37,643 bases of DNA from an uncultured virus (IMG/VR IMGVR_UViG_3300011815_000001). Its lineage: Duplodnaviria > Heunggongvirae > Uroviricota > Caudoviricetes. Below the pieces are notes generated by a model, which worked only from the letters and a program-made list of their open reading frames with translations, did not search any database and was not told where the DNA came from. A program made the position numbers and the translations under genes. Positions 9,131-19,081 of the stretch are shown here, piece after piece (positions within the stretch are counted from its first letter, which is position 1; every line of letters begins with the position of its first letter). The stretch lies in IMG/VR virus record IMGVR_UViG_3300011815_000001; one strand, written 5' to 3'.

Positions 9131-10153
9131 CTATTGTAAGTTGTAGATACCGAATAATGAGCTGAATACTGTGTTTGTACCAAACTTAGTTAGGTATAAG
9201 TATTCGAATGACATGTCATTGTTTTCTTGCTCGTTTTCAGTTTGTTTAACTAGGTCATCACCTTCGTAAACAACTTTGATGAAACGGTCATTGTTAGTAG
9301 GTAATACTAATAATTGCTTGTCATCATATGCGAATTCAAAAGTACCTGCTTTGTGAGCAACTGGTAATTCAACAAGTGTCATACCCAAGTAAGTACCAAC
9401 ACGTCCAGTTTGGTTTAATTCGTTTTTCATTGAATCTGAGAACCATTGTACGTTTGTACCGTTAGTGATTTTGCTTAAGCCAGTTTTAGTACCTACAACT
9501 ACTGGAGCTGATCCAGAAGCCGCTAATACATGGTTGTAAAGTTCGATTAACTCTTCTTCTGCATATACACCTGAAGTTTGGAATTCAGAAGGTAATTGAG
9601 CCGCAGATGCAACGAAAGTAGCTGAAACTTCTTCATAAATTTTAAGGCGTAAAGCTTTAGCAATTTTGTTAACTAAACGCTCAAATGATACACGACCAGA
9701 AAGGAAAGCGAAGAAATCAGCATATACACCGATAGAGTAAGCTTTAGTATCAACTTTGAAAGTTGTACCGCCTTCTGCTTTTTGACGACGAATGTTCCAG
9801 TGGTTGCCTGAGTGTTGAGAAACTGTTAATACAGCATCATCTTCAAGGTAGAATTCGTTAGTGTCACCTAATGCGATGTTACGAACATCAGCGAATTGCA
9901 TGAAGAACTCATCTTCTTCAACTGATTTTAAGAATGATTCAGTAATAACTTCTGTTAATACTTCGAATACTAATTCACGATTTTGAGTGTTACGCATATG
10001 CTTTTTAGTTGGTTTGTCTGTACCTAAGATTTCAAAGAAAGCTTCACGAATACGTGTGTCAATATCTTTGCCTTCCGAAAAGTTTTGTACTACTTGAGGG
10101 TTGCGAACGTAGTCCACACACACTAATTTTAATGCTTCTAATTTGTTTGTCAT
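9131..10153 (-). CDS. Major capsid protein (YonB-like)
   Basis: 340 aa with strongly biased codon usage and GGAGG SD. Order is portal, protease, decoration, capsid. Confidence 0.8.
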   Translation of the reverse strand: MTNKLEALKLVCVDYVRNPQVVQNFSEGKDIDTRIREAFFEILGTDKPTKKHMRNTQNRELVFEVLTEVITESFLKSVEEDEFFMQFADVRNIALGDTNEFYLEDDAVLTVSQHSGNHWNIRRQKAEGGTTFKVDTKAYSIGVYADFFAFLSGRVSFERLVNKIAKALRLKIYEEVSATFVASAAQLPSEFQTSGVYAEEELIELYNHVLAASGSAPVVVGTKTGLSKITNGTNVQWFSDSMKNELNQTGRVGTYLGMTLVELPVAHKAGTFEFAYDDKQLLVLPTNNDRFIKVVYEGDDLVKQTENEQENNDMSFEYLYLTKFGTNTVFSSLFGIYNLQ

Positions 10154-10202
10154 TATGTAATTCCTCCACTTGATATGTTATATTGTTTTTATGTAATATT
10201 AA

Positions 10203-10706
10203 TTAAACGCCTTTTGTTTCTAATACTGCGTAGATAGTACCTGTGTGAGTAACGTTTACTGCTAAAGCTCCGCCAACTTTTTCGATTGCTACAACTTCAA
10301 AGTAAGTACCAGTTGCAGGAGCGTCAGCTACCACATCAAGTTTATAACCGTTAGGAACAATGATATTTCCTTTTGCTGGTTCATTAATGAATCCTTCTAA
10401 TGAAATTGAAACTAATTTGTTTAATTCTGGACGGTAAGCGCGAACTACTTCGCCAGCTTCCATACGGTATTCAGACTCCATACCAGTGCCAATTTTGTTG
10501 TTGTCTTTTACGATTGCAGGGTTACCGATAATTACTACTGAGTCACCTGAAGTTGCAGTTAAAGCTCCACGAACATCTAAGTTAGCAGGTTCTACTGCAC
10601 CTAATTTTGCTACAAAGCCGTTTTCGAAGTGTTGACCTGCTGGTACACGCACTGAAAAAGTTTCTTTTAATTTGTCGTCTAAACGTAATACTGAATGTTT
10701 TGCCAT
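10203..10706 (-). CDS. Capsid decoration/cement protein (YonC-like)
   Basis: 167-aa beta-rich ORF between the scaffold and capsid genes, GGAGG SD. Confidence 0.6.
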   Translation of the reverse strand: MAKHSVLRLDDKLKETFSVRVPAGQHFENGFVAKLGAVEPANLDVRGALTATSGDSVVIIGNPAIVKDNNKIGTGMESEYRMEAGEVVRAYRPELNKLVSISLEGFINEPAKGNIIVPNGYKLDVVADAPATGTYFEVVAIEKVGGALAVNVTHTGTIYAVLETKGV

Positions 10707-10753
10707 TATTGAATTCCTCCGTTAATTATGTAATATTATTTGTGAAGCTTATA

Positions 10754-12010
10754 TTATTTAAAAAAGTCACCATACGGACTGTCTGGTTTTACCTCTTTAT
10801 TAATATTGAATGCAATTGCATTTTTTTCTTTCTTCTCAGCTTTATTAAGTGAGAAGTTTTTCTTGCCTACTAGTGCAAATAATTCTTTTTCAATATCCTC
10901 AATAGTAGAAGTTTTTGATTGCTCAAATACTTGTGTTAATTCTTCAGTAGATAATTGTCCTTCAAACTTAGCAGACAATTCAGCTTCTAAAGTGTTGCGT
11001 TTAAAATCGCGTAGCTCTGCTAATTCAGCTTGAATTGCTTCAAACTCAGTAGATAGATTATTAAATTTAACCTCAAACTCGTTTACTACTTGTTCTTCTT
11101 CTACAACAGTTTCTTCAGTAGCAGTTTCTTGAATTTCTTCAACTACTTCTTCAGTTTCTTCAACAGTTTCAGCTTGAGTCTCTTCTGTGAATTCCTCTGT
11201 TACAATTTCTTGATTTTCATTTGACTCTTCTGTTTCAACTATAACTTCTTCAGTAAATTCCGCTTGCGCTTCTTCCACTTGAGATTCTTTAGTTTCAACA
11301 GTAGTTTCAAATTCTTGTTGATTATTTTCCACTTGATTTGTACCTCCTTTTGAGAATAAGGTGTTAAATTCATTTAACTTATCCTCAATAATTTTTCGCA
11401 TATCATTATTAGATGAGAATTGTAATTCTGCTGTAGAATTTTTCATAGCGGGCATAACCCCAGTTCCTAATAGGCAAGCCCCAAAGAAACTAAATCTATC
11501 GAATACAAAGTAACCATCATCATTCCAATGTCCCGAATAGTCATCAGATAGTTCCATCGATTGAGCTGTAATTCCTTTGCGTTTAATAATGTCAATTGGA
11601 TCATCCCATTTAGTCCATAGCAATCCTTCTACAGTTAAATACTCTAATTCATCACCAGAGTCAGTTATACGTTTTTCCCATTGAGCGTTGTTTGTTTCAG
11701 GAATTAATCCGATAGCTTGACCTAGATATTTGATACCGACATCTCCATCTTCTTTACGATGAAGTACCATACGGTGATCGCTATAATCTAACTCTCCCTC
11801 TGAGTTCTCTTCCAGAAAGGCAAGGATAGGTGTGTTTGATAGGGTAGGTAGTGCTTTTTCTACTGATTCTTTAGTGAAAATAGAACCATTCAAATTCTCA
11901 TTTAAATGTAAAAGCCAAATTTTCACCTTTACAAACCTACTATCGCCTTTTTCGAATTGCTCAATGTTTTGAAAAATAACTGGAATATTTTTGTTTACGA
12001 TCTTTTCCAA
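10754..12010 (-). CDS. Prohead protease/scaffold (YonD-like)
   Basis: N-terminal NLNGS, QSME and ACLLG..V.PAM motifs followed by a very Glu-rich coiled-coil tail. Confidence 0.75.
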   Translation of the reverse strand: MEKIVNKNIPVIFQNIEQFEKGDSRFVKVKIWLLHLNENLNGSIFTKESVEKALPTLSNTPILAFLEENSEGELDYSDHRMVLHRKEDGDVGIKYLGQAIGLIPETNNAQWEKRITDSGDELEYLTVEGLLWTKWDDPIDIIKRKGITAQSMELSDDYSGHWNDDGYFVFDRFSFFGACLLGTGVMPAMKNSTAELQFSSNNDMRKIIEDKLNEFNTLFSKGGTNQVENNQQEFETTVETKESQVEEAQAEFTEEVIVETEESNENQEIVTEEFTEETQAETVEETEEVVEEIQETATEETVVEEEQVVNEFEVKFNNLSTEFEAIQAELAELRDFKRNTLEAELSAKFEGQLSTEELTQVFEQSKTSTIEDIEKELFALVGKKNFSLNKAEKKEKNAIAFNINKEVKPDSPYGDFFK

Positions 12011-12101
12011 TTTATTTTCACCCCCTTTAAGGGCTGGATACCCTTTTGTTTATTTAATATTTATAAACTGCGAATCAGATAAAAGATGGATTTGATTGAT
12101 A

Positions 12102-13619
12102 TTAACCTTCCGTCTTCCGTTCATCCGAATTATTATCTCTCGACACTTGACCGCTATCACTGATTTCACCATCAGATTTAGTTGGACGACCACCTTCATT
12201 ACTGTCAGATGATTGTGTATGTGAATTTGCAAGAGGGATAAATAATTCGTGTAATCCTAAGATGTCATTTTCTAAGTTAGCCTTATTAATTACATCAAGG
12301 GGAGTCATATTATGTACTGCCGCAATTTCTAATTTAACTGGTAGTCCATACTGTGCTTGTTTTAAATACATATCAGCAACTTCAGCTTTATTAAAAATAG
12401 TTACATTCAGAAATGAGAATTTTAATTTAAGTGAAGGGAATTTGTATTTTAGCTTACGGTTTACCCACGTTTCCATTTGACGTAATAAGGCGAAACTTAA
12501 TTCTTCATCTGTATTCACTGATTTACTTAAACCAACTGAAGTGTTTTTATCCGAGTTGAATAAGAACTGACTAATACCACCATCGTTATAAACTTCACGC
12601 ATAGCTTCAGTTACATAGTCGTTGTCATTCTTAGTTTTCTCGGTTTTAACTGCTGTCAATTCCATAGGAGAGGTAACGATTTCAATACCATCAGGGAGAT
12701 TTTCACTTGCTTCTTGGTGGAAATAACTAGCTAATTCTAAGTCAATTAAGAATTTGTTTAAGTCAGGGTTCTTCTCATCCATTGGGATACGCTGATGTAA
12801 AAGTAGATAGTTTTCATTTTTAGTACGATCCTTCTTCATCTTTTTGTATTCTTCTAGTTCATAAAGAGAAGGGAACATACCTGAAAACATTGGGAGAGCG
12901 TATTGAGTGTCAATATTAGTTTTGAAGCAAACTGATTTTCTTGGGTCTAATTCAATCCAAGGATTATCTTTATTTAGCTCATATTGCTGATACTTAATTT
13001 TAAATTCGGCAGGGTATAATTCTAATTCTTCTCGGAAAGTATTAAAATATTGAAAATTGAATGCAAAATTATAGATGCCATCTTCCATAGAAGATACTTT
13101 GCAATATTTATTATCTAATGGCATGATGAAGTATGAGCTGTCTGACTCAATTTCATATCCAAAGAAATAATCGTTTTTATAAGCAGGAATGGAAGCCTTC
13201 ATAAGTTCAAACTTCAAATTTAATTTTTCAATATAATGAAGTGACTTAAGGTAATCCTTTTTAATTTTATCCTTCTTACCGCTTGAAGTATCAATAGATA
13301 GTGACCATGCATAAGCAGGTAACAATGCCATATAGCGAACAATCAATTTATATGTAGGGTGAGTATCGTATAAGTAATTGGATAACTTACGTAACTGATC
13401 TTCATATTGGATTGGACTTTGTAACCAACGATTGATGTCATCAAGGGAATATCTAACTAGAGGAGATTGAATCTTAGTTTTATCTGAAAATTTCTTAGTA
13501 GAAGGGGAATAAGAGAAATTTTTCATTGCATGTTTAATTTTAGATTGAAACTCTTCTGTTTGATTGTAGGGAGTGGTCGGATTAGCTTTGTTTAGATTGT
13601 ACTTTTTTGAGTTTGACAT
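12102..13619 (-). CDS. Portal protein (YonE-like)
   Basis: 505 aa, directly after the terminase, ending in the SHTQS...GGRP tail typical of portals. Confidence 0.8.
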   Translation of the reverse strand: MSNSKKYNLNKANPTTPYNQTEEFQSKIKHAMKNFSYSPSTKKFSDKTKIQSPLVRYSLDDINRWLQSPIQYEDQLRKLSNYLYDTHPTYKLIVRYMALLPAYAWSLSIDTSSGKKDKIKKDYLKSLHYIEKLNLKFELMKASIPAYKNDYFFGYEIESDSSYFIMPLDNKYCKVSSMEDGIYNFAFNFQYFNTFREELELYPAEFKIKYQQYELNKDNPWIELDPRKSVCFKTNIDTQYALPMFSGMFPSLYELEEYKKMKKDRTKNENYLLLHQRIPMDEKNPDLNKFLIDLELASYFHQEASENLPDGIEIVTSPMELTAVKTEKTKNDNDYVTEAMREVYNDGGISQFLFNSDKNTSVGLSKSVNTDEELSFALLRQMETWVNRKLKYKFPSLKLKFSFLNVTIFNKAEVADMYLKQAQYGLPVKLEIAAVHNMTPLDVINKANLENDILGLHELFIPLANSHTQSSDSNEGGRPTKSDGEISDSGQVSRDNNSDERKTEG

Positions 13620-13658
13620 TTTTCATCTCCTTTCTTGAGTGATTGGTAGGGTAGAGAG

Positions 13659-15185
13659 TTAATAGCGTGTGCCTTTTTTGAATAGGAATAGTTGGGAAGG
13701 ATCGAAGTTTTGTTTTTGTTTTCGACGCTTGATTTCTAATTCTTCCACCACGTAGTAACATAAATATGCTAATGACGAGTAGCGGTCTTTTCGAGCATTA
13801 AAGTTTTCTTTAAGTTTAATTCTACCAACTTCATTAATTTCAGCCTCTAAGTTTACAATCTCATTTACTAATAATTTGGCATGAACATAAGGCATTTTGA
13901 AACCTTGTCGCAATTCTACTGGTAGTTTTTCATAAGCTTTCTTAGAGTTTAAATATTCATTTCCTTCATCTTCATTCATTGGCAATTTCAATTTACCTTT
14001 ACTCAATACATCTTTAAATTTAAATGCGATATCAGAGTTCATTTCAGCAGTAGCATGAATAGCATAAATAACTTTTTCTGCATTCGGATATTGGCAACGT
14101 TTAGCTAATTCCTCATTATTGAAGCAACTTAAAGGATCATAAACAGTTCCACGTTCTGTGTCAGATGTCTCTTCCATCAAAGCATCAAGCACACCAATAC
14201 CACTTCCTGCACGGTCAAGTACGATTGTATCTATATCCATGTCGTGGTAAAGCTGTTTGATTCTGAGCGCCTGTCTACCAGTGTGCATTCCTTCAATTGT
14301 TTCTAGATACACTACTTCAATCACATAATCACCATTGGTTTTTGGAATTAAGCGAGCAACTGTAATTGCAGTAGCGTCATTTTGACTACCTGCCATTACT
14401 GCAATATCCGCAGATAATACTCGGATTTCACCTTGTTCCTTTTTAGGGATTTCAAATGAATTACCCTTAACTAATGTTGAAACTTCTTGAGGATAGTAAC
14501 ATCTTCCAACTTTACGAGCTTTATGTAAATCCTCAAATTTAAAAATACTTTTTAGTGATTGACCATAGAATAAAGATTCCATCTCAATCATCCAAGTGAT
14601 TTCGTTGAAAGTTGTTTCTTGCATCTCATCTTCTACTTGCTCTCTCATTAATAAGCTTTCTTTGATAGGGAGTTGGTAGGGAAGGGAGCATACGAAGTAG
14701 GATTTGCCGTTAACCATTGAATTCGTGTAAGAGTCAACTCGTGCAAAAGAGTGTTCACTTTTGAATCCTGCTGAAGATAAGTATATTTCTTTGTTTCGTT
14801 CTTGAAGGTGAGAGTATTCTGGTTTACTTAAGAATTTTGGCTGTCGAGGAGCGGTTTGGAACTTACGTAGGACTGTATTGATTACATCAATATCCACAAG
14901 GCGATACTCATCTACGACAAGTACGTTACTTCGGTTTCCTCGTGCCCCGTCGTTTGAAGCGACTGTGCGAATCCAGCTACCATTATGGAAGGTGACTGAA
15001 CTATCGTTTACCGATGTTTTTAGATTTGAAATTTCTCTTTCTAGGTTAGGGGAGTTGGTTCGTAATTCTTCTATTTTTTGTATAATTTCACGAGCCTGAG
15101 ATTTTTGACCTGCGGCGGCGATTATCTTTGATTCAGGATACAATATGGCTCGTGTGACACAAAATATTGCTGTAAGAAAGGTCTT
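13659..15185 (-). CDS. Terminase large subunit, exon 2
   Basis: Begins AAG ACC TTT (KTF, the second half of Walker A). Walker B LVVDE. Nuclease motifs SADIA and KDRYSS. Confidence 0.9.
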   Translation of the reverse strand, partial: KTFLTAIFCVTRAILYPESKIIAAAGQKSQAREIIQKIEELRTNSPNLEREISNLKTSVNDSSVTFHNGSWIRTVASNDGARGNRSNVLVVDEYRLVDIDVINTVLRKFQTAPRQPKFLSKPEYSHLQERNKEIYLSSAGFKSEHSFARVDSYTNSMVNGKSYFVCSLPYQLPIKESLLMREQVEDEMQETTFNEITWMIEMESLFYGQSLKSIFKFEDLHKARKVGRCYYPQEVSTLVKGNSFEIPKKEQGEIRVLSADIAVMAGSQNDATAITVARLIPKTNGDYVIEVVYLETIEGMHTGRQALRIKQLYHDMDIDTIVLDRAGSGIGVLDALMEETSDTERGTVYDPLSCFNNEELAKRCQYPNAEKVIYAIHATAEMNSDIAFKFKDVLSKGKLKLPMNEDEGNEYLNSKKAYEKLPVELRQGFKMPYVHAKLLVNEIVNLEAEINEVGRIKLKENFNARKDRYSSLAYLCYYVVEELEIKRRKQKQNFDPSQLFLFKKGTRY

Positions 15186-15460
15186 CAATTTTGTTATCGT
15201 AGAGGTTTTTTACCCATCTACTTCTTGCACTTCTTATTAATGCAAGTTCAGCATACATGTTCACCGTATCATTAATATGATTTAGGTGTCGGAAACTCGT
15301 GGACGTATTATATTCTATTGGCAAATAGTTTCAACGTCTATGCGTTACGATACCCTAAGACTTTTAAATCTTATGGTTATCTCGGTATTATCATCTCAGA
15401 CCTCTACCGATATTTCCCGATTACAGTTAAAAGGTTTCCCTTAAAACTAGGCTTTTAAAG
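15186..15460 (-). ncRNA. Group I self-splicing intron, 275 nt, no endonuclease ORF
   Basis: The 5' exon ends in U (GGT) and the intron ends in G. Removal restores ASRGQG|KTFLTA in frame. P1 is AGGU/GCCU with the U.G pair at the splice site. P3 is UCGGGAA (15420-15414)/UUUCCGA (15295-15289). P7 is GCAUA (15343-15339)/UAUGC (15255-15251). Confidence 0.9.
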
Positions 15461-15724
15461 ACCTTGACCTCGACTCGCAATATAAGTCATAAAATTAAAG
15501 TGCATCATTGCCCATAGCAATATTTGTTGGAACAATTTTAATTCCACGCCTAAATAATCTCGAACAAACCTGTGCGGATTTGCTCTATAGAAAGAAGTCC
15601 ATTCACCAACACCTTGCATAAGACGTTCTGACTTTGTACCTTCTTTTCTAAATTTGCGAGATCGCTTGAATATATTCGCACTGTTTTTATTCTTTTTTGC
15701 GCTGGATTCAAAAAATCCCATCAA
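15461..15724 (-). CDS. Terminase large subunit, exon 1 (YonF-like)
   Basis: YRANPHRF...LKLFQ Q-motif region ending at ASRGQG. 88 codons, giving a spliced product of about 596 aa. Confidence 0.9.
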
Positions 15725-16599
15725 TCTTCCTCCTTGCTTGGAGGCTTGACTGTATATTCGCCAATTATTTCATTGTATTCTTCTTCATAAGGATTCTCTT
15801 TACCAAACATTCTAGCCATATGCCCTAAGAAGAAGGTACGAACATATCTCCCAATACCATCCACATCTTTCCAAGAATCATGAGGTTCAGGGATAGGGTG
15901 TTCGTTTTCAAACTTTCTAATTAATGTTCCGAAAGTTTCTGCTTCAGCAACTCCAGAAGATGCATTCTCCTGTACAGGCTTTAAGTTTGAAGAACCTAGC
16001 AAATCTTGAAGCGTCTTTTGCTGAGCGTCAACTTTATCTCCTTGAGCACGTTTCTTTCGTATATCTAACTGTGTTAAGCAGATTTCCTTGATTAAGTTTT
16101 CAAGTGTTTTTGAATCCACTTCATAGCGATTCAAGAAGTCCTCATATTCAGATGAAAGATAAATATAATCCTTTTCTTCATATCCTTCTCCAAAGAAATC
16201 AATCAGTTCATTTAATTCTTCTTCTGAAAGTGAACTTGCTTTTATCTTTTTGGTGTTAGAAATTGCTTTCCTTTCATCGAACAAAGTCGTGTCCTCATAT
16301 GAGTTTGAGCGATATTGAGGTAGCGATGCAACTTTCCTGATATAGTCTCCGTGATTCCCATCGAACATGTCACTAAAAATAGGTTTATTAATTAATTTCA
16401 TTAAATTTTGAAATTCTTCAAATCCATGTTCCTCTATATTTTTAAAAACACAATCCTTACAAATTGGAATTTTATTATCCACAAATATATTGCTGTAAGA
16501 CGTGTTGTAAAAATTACTGATTGGTTGTTCTTTTTCACATTTACAGCACGTTTTTCTAGTAGCTTTTTTAGCTGATGCTTTACTAGTCATATTTATCAC
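15721..16599 (-). CDS. YonG-like protein, candidate small terminase
   Basis: 292 aa with Cys pairs (CCKC, CKDC), overlapping the start of the large terminase gene. Confidence 0.55.
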   Translation of the reverse strand: MINMTSKASAKKATRKTCCKCEKEQPISNFYNTSYSNIFVDNKIPICKDCVFKNIEEHGFEEFQNLMKLINKPIFSDMFDGNHGDYIRKVASLPQYRSNSYEDTTLFDERKAISNTKKIKASSLSEEELNELIDFFGEGYEEKDYIYLSSEYEDFLNRYEVDSKTLENLIKEICLTQLDIRKKRAQGDKVDAQQKTLQDLLGSSNLKPVQENASSGVAEAETFGTLIRKFENEHPIPEPHDSWKDVDGIGRYVRTFFLGHMARMFGKENPYEEEYNEIIGEYTVKPPSKEED

Positions 16600-16627
16600 T
16601 TCCTTTTATCCATTGAATTAACTTAAT

Positions 16628-16656
16628 AAAGGACTCCTACCTAAGTAGAAGTCCTC
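16628..16656 (-). terminator. Probable intrinsic terminator after the ClpP-like gene
   Basis: AGGACT..TAC/GTA..AGTCCT hairpin followed by TTATT on the minus strand. Confidence 0.5.
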
Positions 16657-16692
16657 TGTAAATTAATTATTAAGTTTTAATGTTATGTAATA

Positions 16693-17397
16693 TTAATCAA
16701 TTAAGTGGTCATACATTTTATATTTAGTCATTTCATCAAATGTGATATACCAATCCAAATTGCTTTTACGCTTCTTTTTAAGTTTTTTCTTTGGAATTTC
16801 TGTATTTTCTAGAATGAAGTTATCCAATTGTTTTTGCAAATGTTTATAATGCTCAATTTTATTAATCATTTCACCCAATGTTTCAACATCAGCACCAGCT
16901 CTTAAAGAGTGATAAAGAACAGAAGAATATCGTGAAGCATACTTAACATCACAGCTTAACCAAAGCGGAAGACACATGCTCATACAAGTACCCATTAATA
17001 CACCAATCACAGGAGTTTCGGATGAACGAACAGTACTCAGAAGCGAGAATCCGCGATAAATCTCTCCGCCAGCCGAATCAAAATAAATAATAATTGGTTG
17101 CCGATCTGCTACTGCGATATCATAATCATCTCGATTGAACTTGTGAATAAGCATAATAATATGACTAACTGTATCCAAAGTAACTTCTTCACTAAGATAT
17201 AGTGTACGATTTAATACCATCTCAGTTTCAAGTAGTTCGCCAATATTAATAGGGGAGTCGTCTGTTCCTAATAAAGTCTCTAATTGTTCAGCCGTTAACT
17301 CAACAGTTTCAATATCTGAAGTTTCTTCTACCTCTCCCGCATTATTATCAATTTCAGCTTCTACTTCAGCTTGTTGCTCTTCAACTTTTTCACTCAT
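16693..17397 (-). CDS. ClpP-like serine protease
   Basis: PIIIYFDSAGG motif, nucleophile region CMSM, His in VLYHS, and DWY..F.E...Y...D near the C-terminus. Confidence 0.8.
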   Translation of the reverse strand: MSEKVEEQQAEVEAEIDNNAGEVEETSDIETVELTAEQLETLLGTDDSPINIGELLETEMVLNRTLYLSEEVTLDTVSHIIMLIHKFNRDDYDIAVADRQPIIIYFDSAGGEIYRGFSLLSTVRSSETPVIGVLMGTCMSMCLPLWLSCDVKYASRYSSVLYHSLRAGADVETLGEMINKIEHYKHLQKQLDNFILENTEIPKKKLKKKRKSNLDWYITFDEMTKYKMYDHLID

Positions 17398-17424
17398 TCC
17401 AACATCTCCTTTTCTCCATGACCA

Positions 17425-17568
17425 TTAGCGGTCTTTTAATTTGTCATTCATCTTGTATGTCCATGCTTCAGCTTTCTTCCTTAAATCTTCAGTACTCACA
17501 TACCATTTAACCCAAAGCCACAAGCAGAAATGGTCAAACTTAAATACTAAATTTTTAATCCATTTCAT
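17425..17568 (-). CDS. 47-aa Trp-rich small protein (absent from the ORF track)
   Basis: GGAG SD, then MKWIKNLVFKFDHFCLWLWVKWYVSTEDLRKKAEAWTYKMNDKLKDR. It fills the gap between two genes. Confidence 0.6.
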   Translation of the reverse strand: MKWIKNLVFKFDHFCLWLWVKWYVSTEDLRKKAEAWTYKMNDKLKDR

Positions 17569-17600
17569 ATTTTATCTCCGTTCAGTTATGTAATCTGTAA

Positions 17601-18785
17601 TTAAAATTCAATATAAAACGTAGCTTTACGACCCTTTTCAGTAAGCCATAGCAATTTCTGATGTGCTTTACCTGTCAAACGGGCATCTTTAGCATAATCA
17701 TCTACGCCACCAAATGATCCATTTACAATTAAATCAACACCATGAATTTCATTCTCAAAGTTTTTATGAATATGTCCTGCAAATACAGCTTTAGGCTTCT
17801 TAGCAAACATTAAAGTCATATCCTGTACAACTTTGCCAATTCCATCTAAATGTCCATGCACTCCGTAATATGTATTACCAAGGATTTCAGCAACAATAAT
17901 TTCTGAATCTAAGTCATTGTTATGGAATGTAATGTTTTCAAACTTTTCAAGTCGAGCTTGCATATACCAAACAATAAATTCATGGAATGATTCTGTACGA
18001 ACTTCCTCTTCTTTACGAGCAGAGACACGATCATGATTACCTTTAACATTATAATAATGTACATGCTCAAAATTATTAGCTAGTACGGAAAGTAGTTCTG
18101 CTAATGCTTCAGCAACTTTTTGTGTTGATACTACTGCATTCTCAGTTTCAGCAAGTTTAGTTAGACGGTGGATTACGCCACTAATTACATCTCCTAGCTC
18201 AAATACATGAATTTCCTTTGTGTTAGTTAACTTTTGATATTCTAATGTTTCGTGAGTTAATTGATTTAAACGTTGATAAAATACTTCGTCATTGTATGTA
18301 TTCCAATGGTTTTTAGTAACCATTCCCTTGTGTAAATCACTTAGTAGGAGAGTTAGTGCTCCATTTGAGTTAGATGGAAGGGAAGGTTTCATCCATTGCA
18401 AAGGTTTATTCGTATTCATATCATTTTTAATTTCATCTAATAGCTTTTTAAGTAAGTTATCTAATCGAGCTTCATGTGTCATATATTTGCGAACTTCTCT
18501 ACGCTCATCAGAAATCTGAACTTTTAACTTAAATAATTCTTTTTCAAGTTCTTTCATTTCAAGTAATTGCTCGTTATCCAGTCCATTTTTAAACTTGTTC
18601 TCAAAGTATTCCTTCATTTCTAAGAAGAAGAATGAACCTTTACGCAATGTGTCTCTATGTATATTTAGTTTTAGAGCTTCGACGATATCTTGCCAATCAT
18701 CATTGATAACTCCAGTTAGTTTATCTTCAATTAGGCGGTACTTCCATTCCGTAGCACTTTCATGTTGTAGTTTTTCTAAAGTCAT
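17601..18785 (-). CDS. Calcineurin-like metallophosphoesterase (YonJ-like)
   Basis: Motifs LSDLH, LGD, GNHD, HGH and GHIH after an N-terminal coiled coil. Confidence 0.85.
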   Translation of the reverse strand: MTLEKLQHESATEWKYRLIEDKLTGVINDDWQDIVEALKLNIHRDTLRKGSFFFLEMKEYFENKFKNGLDNEQLLEMKELEKELFKLKVQISDERREVRKYMTHEARLDNLLKKLLDEIKNDMNTNKPLQWMKPSLPSNSNGALTLLLSDLHKGMVTKNHWNTYNDEVFYQRLNQLTHETLEYQKLTNTKEIHVFELGDVISGVIHRLTKLAETENAVVSTQKVAEALAELLSVLANNFEHVHYYNVKGNHDRVSARKEEEVRTESFHEFIVWYMQARLEKFENITFHNNDLDSEIIVAEILGNTYYGVHGHLDGIGKVVQDMTLMFAKKPKAVFAGHIHKNFENEIHGVDLIVNGSFGGVDDYAKDARLTGKAHQKLLWLTEKGRKATFYIEF

Positions 18786-18797
18786 TTAATCACCATC

Positions 18798-18995
18798 CTA
18801 TTCTTCAACAGGTGCTAATGTACTAGACGCATTAATAGTAAAATCTAGCCGACCCTTAGTGGATAATTCCTCAAAAATATCGTTGATTGAAAATGTTTCA
18901 ACCGTTTCATCATTTTTCCCGTACTCATGGATTAATCCATTTTCAAAATCAACCTCTGCATTTTTGAATGCGAAATCCTTTTTTAGTTTTGCCAT
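18798..18995 (-). CDS. YonK-like small protein
   Basis: 65-aa MAK...FKNAEVD...IHEY.K pattern directly upstream of the YonJ-like gene, AGGAG SD. Confidence 0.65.
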   Translation of the reverse strand: MAKLKKDFAFKNAEVDFENGLIHEYGKNDETVETFSINDIFEELSTKGRLDFTINASSTLAPVEE

Positions 18996-19019
18996 ATTAA
19001 ATCTTCTCCTTTTCTCAAT

Positions 19020-19035
19020 TGTTCCATGTGGAACA
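19020..19035. promoter_or_regulatory. parS-like palindrome
   Basis: TGTTCCATGTGGAACA against the Spo0J/ParB consensus TGTTNCACGTGAAACA (2 mismatches). Intergenic. Confidence 0.55.
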
Positions 19036-19081
19036 TATATTAATTATGTAATATTCATTTTAAAACAGAGGTAGTATTTAC

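Noticed and set aside
13659..15724. Terminase as a pseudogene or two separate genes, and the 15133-15324 ORF as an intron endonuclease
   Set aside because: Precise group I splicing restores the frame and Walker A. The 63-aa ORF has no nuclease motif and overlaps the intron core.
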